Virus record (IMG/VR): IMGVR_UViG_3300020021_000009
Coordinates: 1 to 62,352 of that record
Strand: one strand, 5' to 3'
Origin: a virus
Lineage: Duplodnaviria; Caudoviricetes
Length of the DNA: 62,352 nt
Shown: piece after piece, positions 54,044 to 61,759 of the stretch
Layout of the letters: each line of letters starts with the position of its first letter
Position numbering within the stretch: position 1 is the stretch's first letter
The notes under the pieces: model-generated
The model's input: the letters and a program-made list of their open reading frames with translations, nothing else
What the model was told of the DNA's origin: nothing
The model's database searches: none
Position numbers and translations under genes: made by a program

Positions 54044-56074
54044 GTGAACGCCAAGACACCGAAGACACCGAAGGTCCCGACCGTGGACCTGGGCGACCGG
54101 GCCAAGCAGGTGCTCGCCCCCTGGGGGCTGGCCGTGGCCGCGATGCCCGTCTCCGTGGTGCTGCATGCGGCCTGGGGCGGGGACGCGGTCATGCAGGAGC
54201 TGATGGCGGGCGGCTCCGTCCTGCTCACCGGGGCCGTGCACACCACGTGGTCCCGGCGCCACGAGCACACCAGGCTGCTGGCCACGGTGTACACAGGCCT
54301 GGTCACGGGCTGGATCTCGGTCGGGACGGCGGTCAACCCGCTGTCCTCCGGGATGGTCAAGGCGTGGGAGTTCGGCGGGGCGCTGGCGTCCATCGTCTGG
54401 AACATCGCCTCTGCTGCGCACCGTGCGCCCCACGAGACCGACACGGCCTCCGGGAAGGCCGGCGACCTGGACCTGTCCACGGTGGGCGGGGCCCTGACCG
54501 GTGCCGTGGCCGACAAGGTACGGCGCAAGACCGGCCGACTGGAGGCAGACGTCCAGCTCAAGCCGGGTGAGACGGCGGAGGGGGTGGAGGGCGAGCGTGG
54601 CCGGATCGCGTCCCTGGCCAAGGTGGGTGCCGACCAGGTGACCGTCACCCCCAACCGCAAGCGGGCCGACCGGGTCATGCTCTCGTTCTCCGCCAGCCCC
54701 GATCAGCGCAAGGCCGTGCGCGGGTTCGTCCAGGGCGAGCTGGGCCGCTCCGTCGCGGACGCCCCGCTGGTCATCGGGCAGCGGGCGGACGGCTCCGACC
54801 TGGCCATATGGATGGTCGGCAACGACGACATGGACGACCCCCGGGCACTGGGCCACACACTCTGCACGGGCATGACCGGGTCCGGCAAGACCGAGACGAT
54901 CAACACACTCATCCTGCGGATCCGGGAGACCTGCGACATGGTCCCCGTGGTGGCCGACCCGGCGAAGTTCGAGCAGTCGTTCGGCACCATCGCGGACGCC
55001 TTGGAGATCGCGGCCAAGGGGCGGCAGCAGACGAACGCGCTGGTCCGGAACCTGCCCGCCGCCATCACCTACCGCTCGGAACTGCTCGGCACGCTGGAGC
55101 GGTCCGACGGGCTGTCCGGCGGCTACTCGCAATGGGTCCCCGAGTGCTGGACGCTGCACCGCATCCCGGCCGTGTTCGTCGATATCGAAGAGGCGACCGA
55201 CGTCCTGTCCACGGTCGATGACGAGTTCGACGACGCCATTCGCAAGGCACGGTCGGTGGGAATCCACCTGTGTGCCTCGCTCCAGACGGCGATCCACTCG
55301 AACATGGAGCGCAAGACCCGCGGACAGTTCTCCAACACGCTGTGCCACGGCTGCACCGAGGACCACGACGCGAAGTTCTCCCTGAACGCCAACACCCTGG
55401 CGGCCGGCGCGGACCCGACCAAGTGGCAGAACTCCTACCCCGGCAGCCTGTACGGGGAGTTGTTGGGGGTGCCGCCGGAGGAGTGGTCCATGGACGCCCG
55501 CGCCTACGGCGTGGAGCGCTCCGAGAAGCGGGCCGCGGTGGACACCTCGCGTCCGTTCTGGGCCCGCCTGGACCCGGGGACGGCCATGCGCCTGGGGGCG
55601 GGGATCGCGATGCCGGACGCCAAGGTGGTAGCCGGGCTGACTGCGGTCACCCGGGACCCGGCCCCGTCCCAGGAGGAGGTGTCCGTGTACGTGGACGACG
55701 ACCGGGAACCGGCGTTCGACCCGACCAGGGTTTCGGCAGAAGGAGGGGACATCGACGTGACCACACCCATCCCGGCCCCGGACCGCGACGGCCCGCGGGT
55801 CGTCCTGGCACCCGCGCGCACGGAACCGGTCGACTTCGAGGGGGCGTACCGGAAGATCAAACTGCGGCTGGCGAAGCTGGAGCAGGGCGGCCAGGACCAC
55901 ATCACGTACCAGGACATCGGGGACATTCAGGCGGAGTCCGGTGTCAGCCGGGGGTGGATGTACAAGGCGATGCGGCGACTGGAGGAGAACGGCCGCCTGG
56001 TCGCGGTGTCGGGGGCGGGAAAACCCCCGTACCGGATCGTCGCGAGGGAGCGGAACGGCACCGCTGTCGGTTAG
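54044..56074 (+). CDS. traB: TraB FtsK/SpoIIIE-family conjugative DNA translocase
   Basis: N-terminal TMs, GMTGSGKT, VVADPAK, FVDIEEA, ARSVGI..SLQ, C-terminal wHTH SRGWMYKAMRRL. Confidence 0.9.
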   Translation: MNAKTPKTPKVPTVDLGDRAKQVLAPWGLAVAAMPVSVVLHAAWGGDAVMQELMAGGSVLLTGAVHTTWSRRHEHTRLLATVYTGLVTGWISVGTAVNPLSSGMVKAWEFGGALASIVWNIASAAHRAPHETDTASGKAGDLDLSTVGGALTGAVADKVRRKTGRLEADVQLKPGETAEGVEGERGRIASLAKVGADQVTVTPNRKRADRVMLSFSASPDQRKAVRGFVQGELGRSVADAPLVIGQRADGSDLAIWMVGNDDMDDPRALGHTLCTGMTGSGKTETINTLILRIRETCDMVPVVADPAKFEQSFGTIADALEIAAKGRQQTNALVRNLPAAITYRSELLGTLERSDGLSGGYSQWVPECWTLHRIPAVFVDIEEATDVLSTVDDEFDDAIRKARSVGIHLCASLQTAIHSNMERKTRGQFSNTLCHGCTEDHDAKFSLNANTLAAGADPTKWQNSYPGSLYGELLGVPPEEWSMDARAYGVERSEKRAAVDTSRPFWARLDPGTAMRLGAGIAMPDAKVVAGLTAVTRDPAPSQEEVSVYVDDDREPAFDPTRVSAEGGDIDVTTPIPAPDRDGPRVVLAPARTEPVDFEGAYRKIKLRLAKLEQGGQDHITYQDIGDIQAESGVSRGWMYKAMRRLEENGRLVAVSGAGKPPYRIVARERNGTAVG

Positions 56075-56083
56075 CAGCGCCTG

Positions 56084-56246
56084 TGTCACGGGGCGTCACA
56101 GCCCCGTGTCACGGACGGTACCAACCGGTACAGATCAGCTGTAACAGGGACGCTGTCACGGGGCAGTGTCACGGCATGTCACGGGGCTCCGACCTTAGGG
56201 AGTCCTCGCGTGACGTCCCGCCCTGGACACGGGAACGATGTCACGG
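56084..56246 (+). repeat. putative clt locus: six direct TGTCACGG 8-mers
   Basis: Copies at 56084, 56107, 56154, 56167, 56177 and 56239 plus variants, directly after the traB stop. Confidence 0.8.
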
Positions 56247-56256
56247 AGGACTGATC

Positions 56257-56451
56257 ATGAGGAACACGATCGCGGCGGTGCACGCGGTGGCCATCCTTGT
56301 CTGGGTGCTGGTCGTCGGTACGGGACGGCTCACGGTGCCCGGCTTCCTGCTCTGGCTCGCGCTCTGCGCGGCCGGGGACCAGGCCCTGGTCTGGGCGCTC
56401 TGGCTCGGCTCCGGCCGCAAGGGTCCGTCCCCGAACCGGCGCTGGCGCTGA
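56257..56451 (+). CDS. small membrane protein (Spd-like)
   Basis: GGAGG RBS; hydrophobic; downstream of traB. Confidence 0.6.
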   Translation: MRNTIAAVHAVAILVWVLVVGTGRLTVPGFLLWLALCAAGDQALVWALWLGSGRKGPSPNRRWR

Positions 56452-56558
56452 TGGCTGGCCGCCGCCCCTCGTTCCTGGGGCTGTGGTCCGGCCGGCTGAT
56501 CGGCTGGATCGGTTTCGGGGACGCGGCACGCATCCTGTTCGAGCACCTGACGCACTGA
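56451..56558 (+). CDS. small hydrophobic peptide
   Basis: TGATG coupling. Confidence 0.45.
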   Translation: MAGRRPSFLGLWSGRLIGWIGFGDAARILFEHLTH

Positions 56559-56571
56559 GAGAGGACGCACC

Positions 56572-57009
56572 ATGGAGCGTGACCCGACCTACGGGGAGGA
56601 GATCGCACGGCGCTGGCCGGACGTCGCCCCGTACCTGCCGCAGCGCAGCGGGGCGGGCGGGGACCAGGTGCACATCCACCTGCACCAGGCACCCGCCGTC
56701 CCGGATCAGAAGGTGTCGGCGGAGCAGCGGGGTTGGGACCTGCTGCACGCGATGGCGCCGTACCTGCTGATCGCGGGCCTGCTCGCGGTCATCGTCTGCG
56801 GGTCGCTGGCGATCCTGGCCTACGCGTTCACCATGGTCATGGCCATGCTGCTGGCGCTGGTCGCGAGTGCGGAGGCCCTGGCAGGGGCGGCGGTGGCGCT
56901 GGTCGTCGCCGTGGCCCTGGCCGCCGCGGGCATCGGCCACCTGGTCCACGGCGGGGGCACCACCGTGACCGGCAACCGGAACACGGTCAACGAGAGAAAG
57001 AGGAACTGA
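56572..57009 (+). CDS. membrane protein (Spd-like)
   Basis: VHIHLH motif, long hydrophobic stretch, TVTGNRNTV tail. Confidence 0.65.
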   Translation: MERDPTYGEEIARRWPDVAPYLPQRSGAGGDQVHIHLHQAPAVPDQKVSAEQRGWDLLHAMAPYLLIAGLLAVIVCGSLAILAYAFTMVMAMLLALVASAEALAGAAVALVVAVALAAAGIGHLVHGGGTTVTGNRNTVNERKRN

Positions 57010-57010
57010 C

Positions 57011-57244
57011 ATGACATGGGTGACGAGCGGGGACAGTGCGGCGGTCAACCTGGACCGGGTGGCCGTCCTCGGAGTGCGGAACACGGGCGAGGACGAGTAC
57101 CAGATCGGTGTCTTCGCCAGTGAGGACGACGTGGCCGGCGACGCACTGCTGTACCTGACCGGGACGTGGGCCACGCTGGCGGACGCGCAGACGGTACTGA
57201 CCCGTCTCGTCAACGCGGTGGACCCGTCCGCGTACGCCTCATGA
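57011..57244 (+). CDS. small hypothetical protein
   Basis: GAGG RBS; VNLDRV. Confidence 0.6.
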   Translation: MTWVTSGDSAAVNLDRVAVLGVRNTGEDEYQIGVFASEDDVAGDALLYLTGTWATLADAQTVLTRLVNAVDPSAYAS

Positions 57245-57921
57245 TCGACGTGCTGGTCCCGTCCAGGGGCCGTCCGGAGATGCTGGTCCGGTCCCTGCAC
57301 TCCCTGTTCACCACGGCAGCGGACCCGCGCAGCGTCCGTTGCCACGTGGCCGTGGACAACGACGACCGGGCCACGGAGGACGTGGTCCGGTACCTGGCAG
57401 GGAGCCTGGAACCGGGGGCGGTCACCCTGACCGTCTCCGAGCGGCACGGCTACGCAGGACTGCACCACTACTACAACACCCTGGCCATGCGCGGCAGCGG
57501 TGACTGGCTGCTGCTGTGGAACGACGACGCGTTCATGCAGACCACCACCTGGGACATGGCCCTGGACGTCCACATGCCTGCGGGCGTCCTGGTGGCCGAC
57601 CTCCAGTCGGCCCACTCCCCCGGTCTGTGCTGCTTCCCGGCCGTGCGCCGGGAGGCGGTGGAGGCGCTGGGGTTCTTCGCCACGGACAACCCGCACTGCG
57701 ACACGCTGTGGCAGGACATCGGCCGGGCCACGGGCACGATCGCGGCAGTCCCGGTCCACGTGCTCCACGACCGTCCCGACCTGACCGGCCGGGCACCCGA
57801 CGCCACCTGGACCGAGGGCCGCGCCGGTACCCACGGCGCGGACTACGGGGGCTCCCCCCACCAGGCCCAGGTACTGCACGCCATAGCGACCATCAGGAAG
57901 GCATTCCCGTGCGCGCTCTGA
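57241..57921 (+). CDS. glycosyltransferase (GT-A fold)
   Basis: IDVLVPSRGRP, VDNDD, WNDD, CFP, CD. Confidence 0.8.
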   Translation: MIDVLVPSRGRPEMLVRSLHSLFTTAADPRSVRCHVAVDNDDRATEDVVRYLAGSLEPGAVTLTVSERHGYAGLHHYYNTLAMRGSGDWLLLWNDDAFMQTTTWDMALDVHMPAGVLVADLQSAHSPGLCCFPAVRREAVEALGFFATDNPHCDTLWQDIGRATGTIAAVPVHVLHDRPDLTGRAPDATWTEGRAGTHGADYGGSPHQAQVLHAIATIRKAFPCAL

Positions 57922-58826
57922 TCTTCGGCGGTTCCGGATTCGTCGGCCGCCATCTGGCCGCGACCCTGACCGGGGGCGAGCACCGGGTCAGGGTGTTCGA
58001 CAGGGCCGACCACCCGGGGGACGACGTCCGGGACCCGGACGCGGTCACCGACGTGGTGCGCCGGTTCGAGCCGGACCAGGTCTACCACCTGGCCGCGATC
58101 TCCTGGCCCGGCGAGTCCCTGTCCGACCCCCGGCACACGATGGACGTCAACGTGACCGGGACGCTCAACGTCCTGGAGGCGGTCCGGGTCACCGGCTCCC
58201 GCGCGCGCGTGCTGATCGCGGGCACCTCCGAGGAGTACGGCTACGGGGAGCGGCCCGGATCGAACGAGATCACGGAGGGGACGGCCTGCGCACCGACCAC
58301 GGTCTACGGGGTGTCCAAGCTGGCGGCCACCACCCTGGGCCAGGTCTACGCCCAGCGGTACGGCATGCACGTCGTGAGTACCCGGGCCTGGAACCACACC
58401 GGTCCCGGCCGGCAGGCGGTCAACGCAGAGTCCGCGTTCGCCTGCCGCATCGTCGCGGTGGAGCGGGGCGAGGCGGACAGTGTTCCGCACGGGGACCTGT
58501 CCGCCGTCCGGAACTGGACCGACGCCCGGGACGTGGTCCGCGCGTACCGGCGGCTGCTGGACCCGAAGGGGGAGGCGACCCCGGGGATCTACAACGTGTG
58601 CTCGGAGGAGAACCTGCCCCTGTCCGAAATCATGGACCTGCTGTTGGAGCAGTCCTCCGTCGGTCCTGCCGACCTCCGGCTGGACCCCGCCCTGGTTTTC
58701 CCGTCCCCGTGGGGTATGTGGCCGCAGCCGTCTGCGGAGAAACTGCGGGAGATCACCGGATGGACCCCGAAGATCCCGCTGGACCAGACCCTGTCCGAAC
58801 TGCTCACCTACTGGAGGAACCGATGA
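57909..58826 (+). CDS. GDP-mannose 4,6-dehydratase / RMD-like extended SDR
   Basis: GGSGFVG, YHLAA, TSEEYG, YGVSK, NHTGP, DARDVVRAY. Confidence 0.88.
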   Translation: MRALIFGGSGFVGRHLAATLTGGEHRVRVFDRADHPGDDVRDPDAVTDVVRRFEPDQVYHLAAISWPGESLSDPRHTMDVNVTGTLNVLEAVRVTGSRARVLIAGTSEEYGYGERPGSNEITEGTACAPTTVYGVSKLAATTLGQVYAQRYGMHVVSTRAWNHTGPGRQAVNAESAFACRIVAVERGEADSVPHGDLSAVRNWTDARDVVRAYRRLLDPKGEATPGIYNVCSEENLPLSEIMDLLLEQSSVGPADLRLDPALVFPSPWGMWPQPSAEKLREITGWTPKIPLDQTLSELLTYWRNR

Positions 58827-60046
58827 TCTGCCGGAGCTGCGGGAGTGGGTCCCTGACCCGGGTCCTGGACCTGGGACTGCACCGCCTTCCCGACTTCCCG
58901 ACACCGCAGGACTACGCGGCCGACACCGGGCAGACCGACGTCCACCCGTTGTCCCTGGTGATCTGCGCCGGCTGCACCCTGGTCCAGTTGGAGCAGACGA
59001 CACCGCGGGGGCTGCTCTACCACGACCGCTACGGGTTCCGGTCGGGGACCAACGAGGCAGTCCGCGCGGACCTGACCGACGTCGTGAACTACGCCCGGAC
59101 CGTGGTCCCGGACGCGAGAACCTGGCTGGACATCGCGTGCAACGACGGCACGCTGCTGTCCAACGTGCCGCCCACAGTGTGGCGGGTCGGGGTGGACCCC
59201 CTGTCCCAGCTCGCCCCGCAGGCGCGCCGGTTCGCGGACCGGGTCGTGTCCGACTACTTCTCCCCGCGGCTGCGGCACGTCGGCAACACGGCGTTCGACG
59301 TGGTCACGTCGGTGTCCATGTTCTACGACCTGGACGACCCGAACGCGTTCGCGGCCGGGGTGGCGGAGGTGCTCGCCCCCGGCGGGGCATGGGTGGTCCA
59401 GCAGAACTACGCGCTGGACATGGTCCGGTCACTGGCGGTGGACAACATCTGCCACGAGCACGTGACGTACTGGTCCGTGACCAGCATGGTGCCGCTGCTG
59501 GCCGCCCACGGGCTGGAGGTCAACGACGTCACATACAGCACGGTCAACGGGGGCTGCTTCCGGACCCTGGTCTCCCACCGGGGGGAGCGGCCGGTCAGCG
59601 CGTCCGTGGCCGACGCGCTGGAGCGGGAGGCGGCGGCAGGGCTGTGGAACCCGGTGACGTGGGACACCTTCGGGGAGCGGGTCCGGGCGGAGCTCGGCAA
59701 GCTCCAGCGGTTCCTGTCCGCGGTCACCGACCGCGGCAAGACCGTGGACCTGTACGGGGCGAGCACCCGGGGCGGGACCTTCCTCCAGATGATCGGAGCA
59801 GGCCCGTCGGTCCTGCGACAGGCGGTGGAGCGGAGCCCGGACAAGGTGGGGAAGGTGATGGCGGCGACCGGCCTGCCGATCGTCGGCGAGGACGTGATGC
59901 GGGCGGACCCGCCGGACTACCTGTTGGTGTCGCCGTGGTTCTTCCGGGACGTGTTCCTGGTCCGCGAGCGCGCGTACCTGGAGGCGGGCGGGACCATGGT
60001 GTTCCCACTGCCGCAGTTCGACATGGTCACAGGGTCCCCGTCATGA
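58823..60046 (+). CDS. NDP-sugar C-methyltransferase
   Basis: CRSCG..LDLG..C..CTLVQL zinc domain, DIACNDG, HEH, YGASTRG, PDYLLV.PW. Confidence 0.88.
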   Translation: MICRSCGSGSLTRVLDLGLHRLPDFPTPQDYAADTGQTDVHPLSLVICAGCTLVQLEQTTPRGLLYHDRYGFRSGTNEAVRADLTDVVNYARTVVPDARTWLDIACNDGTLLSNVPPTVWRVGVDPLSQLAPQARRFADRVVSDYFSPRLRHVGNTAFDVVTSVSMFYDLDDPNAFAAGVAEVLAPGGAWVVQQNYALDMVRSLAVDNICHEHVTYWSVTSMVPLLAAHGLEVNDVTYSTVNGGCFRTLVSHRGERPVSASVADALEREAAAGLWNPVTWDTFGERVRAELGKLQRFLSAVTDRGKTVDLYGASTRGGTFLQMIGAGPSVLRQAVERSPDKVGKVMAATGLPIVGEDVMRADPPDYLLVSPWFFRDVFLVRERAYLEAGGTMVFPLPQFDMVTGSPS

Positions 60047-60630
60047 GCCTGCGTCCCGGCGTCACGGTCGTCGTCCCGGTTCACCCGCCCCGGTTCCACA
60101 CCACGCTGGACCGGGCACTGCGCAGCGTGTGGGAGCAGCAGGCACCGCCGGCCGCGGTCGTCGTGGAGGTCGACCACTCGCATGCCGGGGCGGCCGTGAC
60201 CCGGAACCGGGGCCTGGCAGCAGTGCAGACGGAGTGGGTGGCGTTCCTGGACAGCGACGACCAGCTGAGACCGGCACACCTGCGGCGGTTGACCGAGCAC
60301 CAGCGGGACACGGGGGCTGACCTGGTCTACCCATGGTTCGACGTCGTGAACGGGTGGGACCCGTTCCCGGACCGGTTCGGGGTGCCGTTCGACCCGGCGG
60401 TGCTGCGGGAGCGGAACACGGTCCCGGTCACGGTGCTGGCGCGCACGTCCCTGATCAGGGACGTGGCCGGGGGCTTCCGCCCGAAGGGCCCGCCGGACAA
60501 CCCCTGCGACGACTGGGGCTGCTGGGATGAAATGGTCACAGCGGGGGCACAGTTCAGCCACCTGCCGGAGCGGACCTGGCTCTGGTGGTGGGCCACGGGC
60601 AACACGTCCGGACGCGGTGACGTCTGGTAG
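60043..60630 (+). CDS. glycosyltransferase family 2
   Basis: VTVVVP, ALRSV..Q, GAAVTRNRGL, VAFLDSDD, GGF, DDW. Confidence 0.88.
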   Translation: MSLRPGVTVVVPVHPPRFHTTLDRALRSVWEQQAPPAAVVVEVDHSHAGAAVTRNRGLAAVQTEWVAFLDSDDQLRPAHLRRLTEHQRDTGADLVYPWFDVVNGWDPFPDRFGVPFDPAVLRERNTVPVTVLARTSLIRDVAGGFRPKGPPDNPCDDWGCWDEMVTAGAQFSHLPERTWLWWWATGNTSGRGDVW

Positions 60631-60671
60631 CGGGACACTACAACCGGCAGTACAGACAGAGGGAGAACACC

Positions 60672-60779
60672 ATGCTCAGTGTCATCTTCGACGGCGTCCG
60701 GATCGTCATCCTGTCCCCGTGGTTCGGCCGGTTCGCCCAGGCCGCGCACCATGCGGCGGTGATCGGACTGCACCGGTAG
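60672..60779 (+). CDS. 35-aa peptide
   Basis: GAGGGAG RBS. Confidence 0.4.
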   Translation: MLSVIFDGVRIVILSPWFGRFAQAAHHAAVIGLHR

Positions 60780-60789
60780 GACAGCGGGA

Positions 60790-60827
60790 CAGGGGGCCGG
60801 GCCGAAGAATCATGGTCCGGCCCCCTG
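60790..60827 (+). terminator. hairpin terminator
   Basis: CAGGGGGCCGGGCC...GGTCCGGCCCCCTG. Confidence 0.65.
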
Positions 60828-60834
60828 GCACGTG

Positions 60835-60869
60835 TTGACACCGGGGCCGGATAGCGATTTAATTAAATC
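60835..60869 (+). promoter_or_regulatory. sigma70-like promoter overlapped by operator-like site
   Basis: TTGACA-N17-TTTAAT; GATTTAATTAAATC at 60856..60869. Confidence 0.8.
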
Positions 60870-60904
60870 AGTCGGGAAGCGCAGGACGAACCAGGGAGCA
60901 CATC

Positions 60905-61153
60905 ATGGACTACCCCACCGGAACACCGAAGACGCTCACAGAGCTGTTCGATCAGGTGGCCGCCCGGGGTGGCGAAGTTCTATCCGAGGGTGACCGGATG
61001 TGGACCGTCTCCCTGCCGCGTCGATTCCGGGACGTGGAGGGGAACGTCAGCGTCCGCCAGGTGAACATCTGCCAGGTCGGCTACTACGTCCGTGACGGAC
61101 GCGCTCGGGTCAGCAAGGGAGTCCACAAGATCCGCGAGGCCATGGCCGTCTGA
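60905..61153 (+). CDS. hypothetical protein
   Basis: GGGAG RBS after the promoter. Confidence 0.65.
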   Translation: MDYPTGTPKTLTELFDQVAARGGEVLSEGDRMWTVSLPRRFRDVEGNVSVRQVNICQVGYYVRDGRARVSKGVHKIREAMAV

Positions 61154-61159
61154 CCCACC

Positions 61160-61430
61160 GCACAGCTAGCCCGAACGCGTAAGCCGGGGACCGCATCCGG
61201 CCGGGCACGCTACCGCCGACGGGCGGGGAGCTGGAGTCCACCGGGCACGGTGGATACGCCGTTATCGCGGGAGCCCGACCAACCTGCCTCTGTGGAGGTG
61301 AGCGGAAGGGGGTGCGGGGTTCGATTCCCCGCAGCGGTTCGCCTGACCGGAGCGGAGTACCTGGCCCCGGCCCGACGCCTGCCGGCGATCGGGAGACCGG
61401 GAAGGGTCGGAGGCGGAAACCTCCGCACCA
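61160..61430 (+). ncRNA. putative structured RNA containing a tRNA T-arm
   Basis: About 300 bp intergenic; TGCGGGG-TTCGATT-CCCCGCA at 61313..61333 and other hairpins. Confidence 0.4.
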
Positions 61431-61454
61431 CAGACCGAGAGAGGACCCGCCGAC

Positions 61455-61652
61455 ATGATGAAGCCCCCGACCCAGACCGTGCCGCAGGACGCGGCCACGT
61501 TCGCGTTCTACCTGCTGGACCAGGTGGTGGACTACCTGGACCACAACGACCCGAAGTACTCCCGCGTGTCGCTGGCCATGCAGATGCTGAACGGCAGCCT
61601 GACCGTCGCCCAGGCACTGGACTACGCGAGCGACATCACGGACGCCGGCTGA
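61455..61652 (+). CDS. small hypothetical protein
   Basis: GAGAGG RBS. Confidence 0.55.
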   Translation: MMKPPTQTVPQDAATFAFYLLDQVVDYLDHNDPKYSRVSLAMQMLNGSLTVAQALDYASDITDAG

Positions 61653-61744
61653 TGAGCCGGCACCGCCGCACCGTCTTCGGACAGCCCGTGTTCTGGGCCC
61701 TGTTCGCGGCCGTGATGGCCGTCCTCATCCTGATCAACCTCTGA
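61652..61744 (+). CDS. 30-aa membrane peptide
   Basis: TGATG coupling; VFWALFAAVMAVLILINL. Confidence 0.5.
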   Translation: MSRHRRTVFGQPVFWALFAAVMAVLILINL

Positions 61745-61759
61745 CCCGGAAGGATCATA

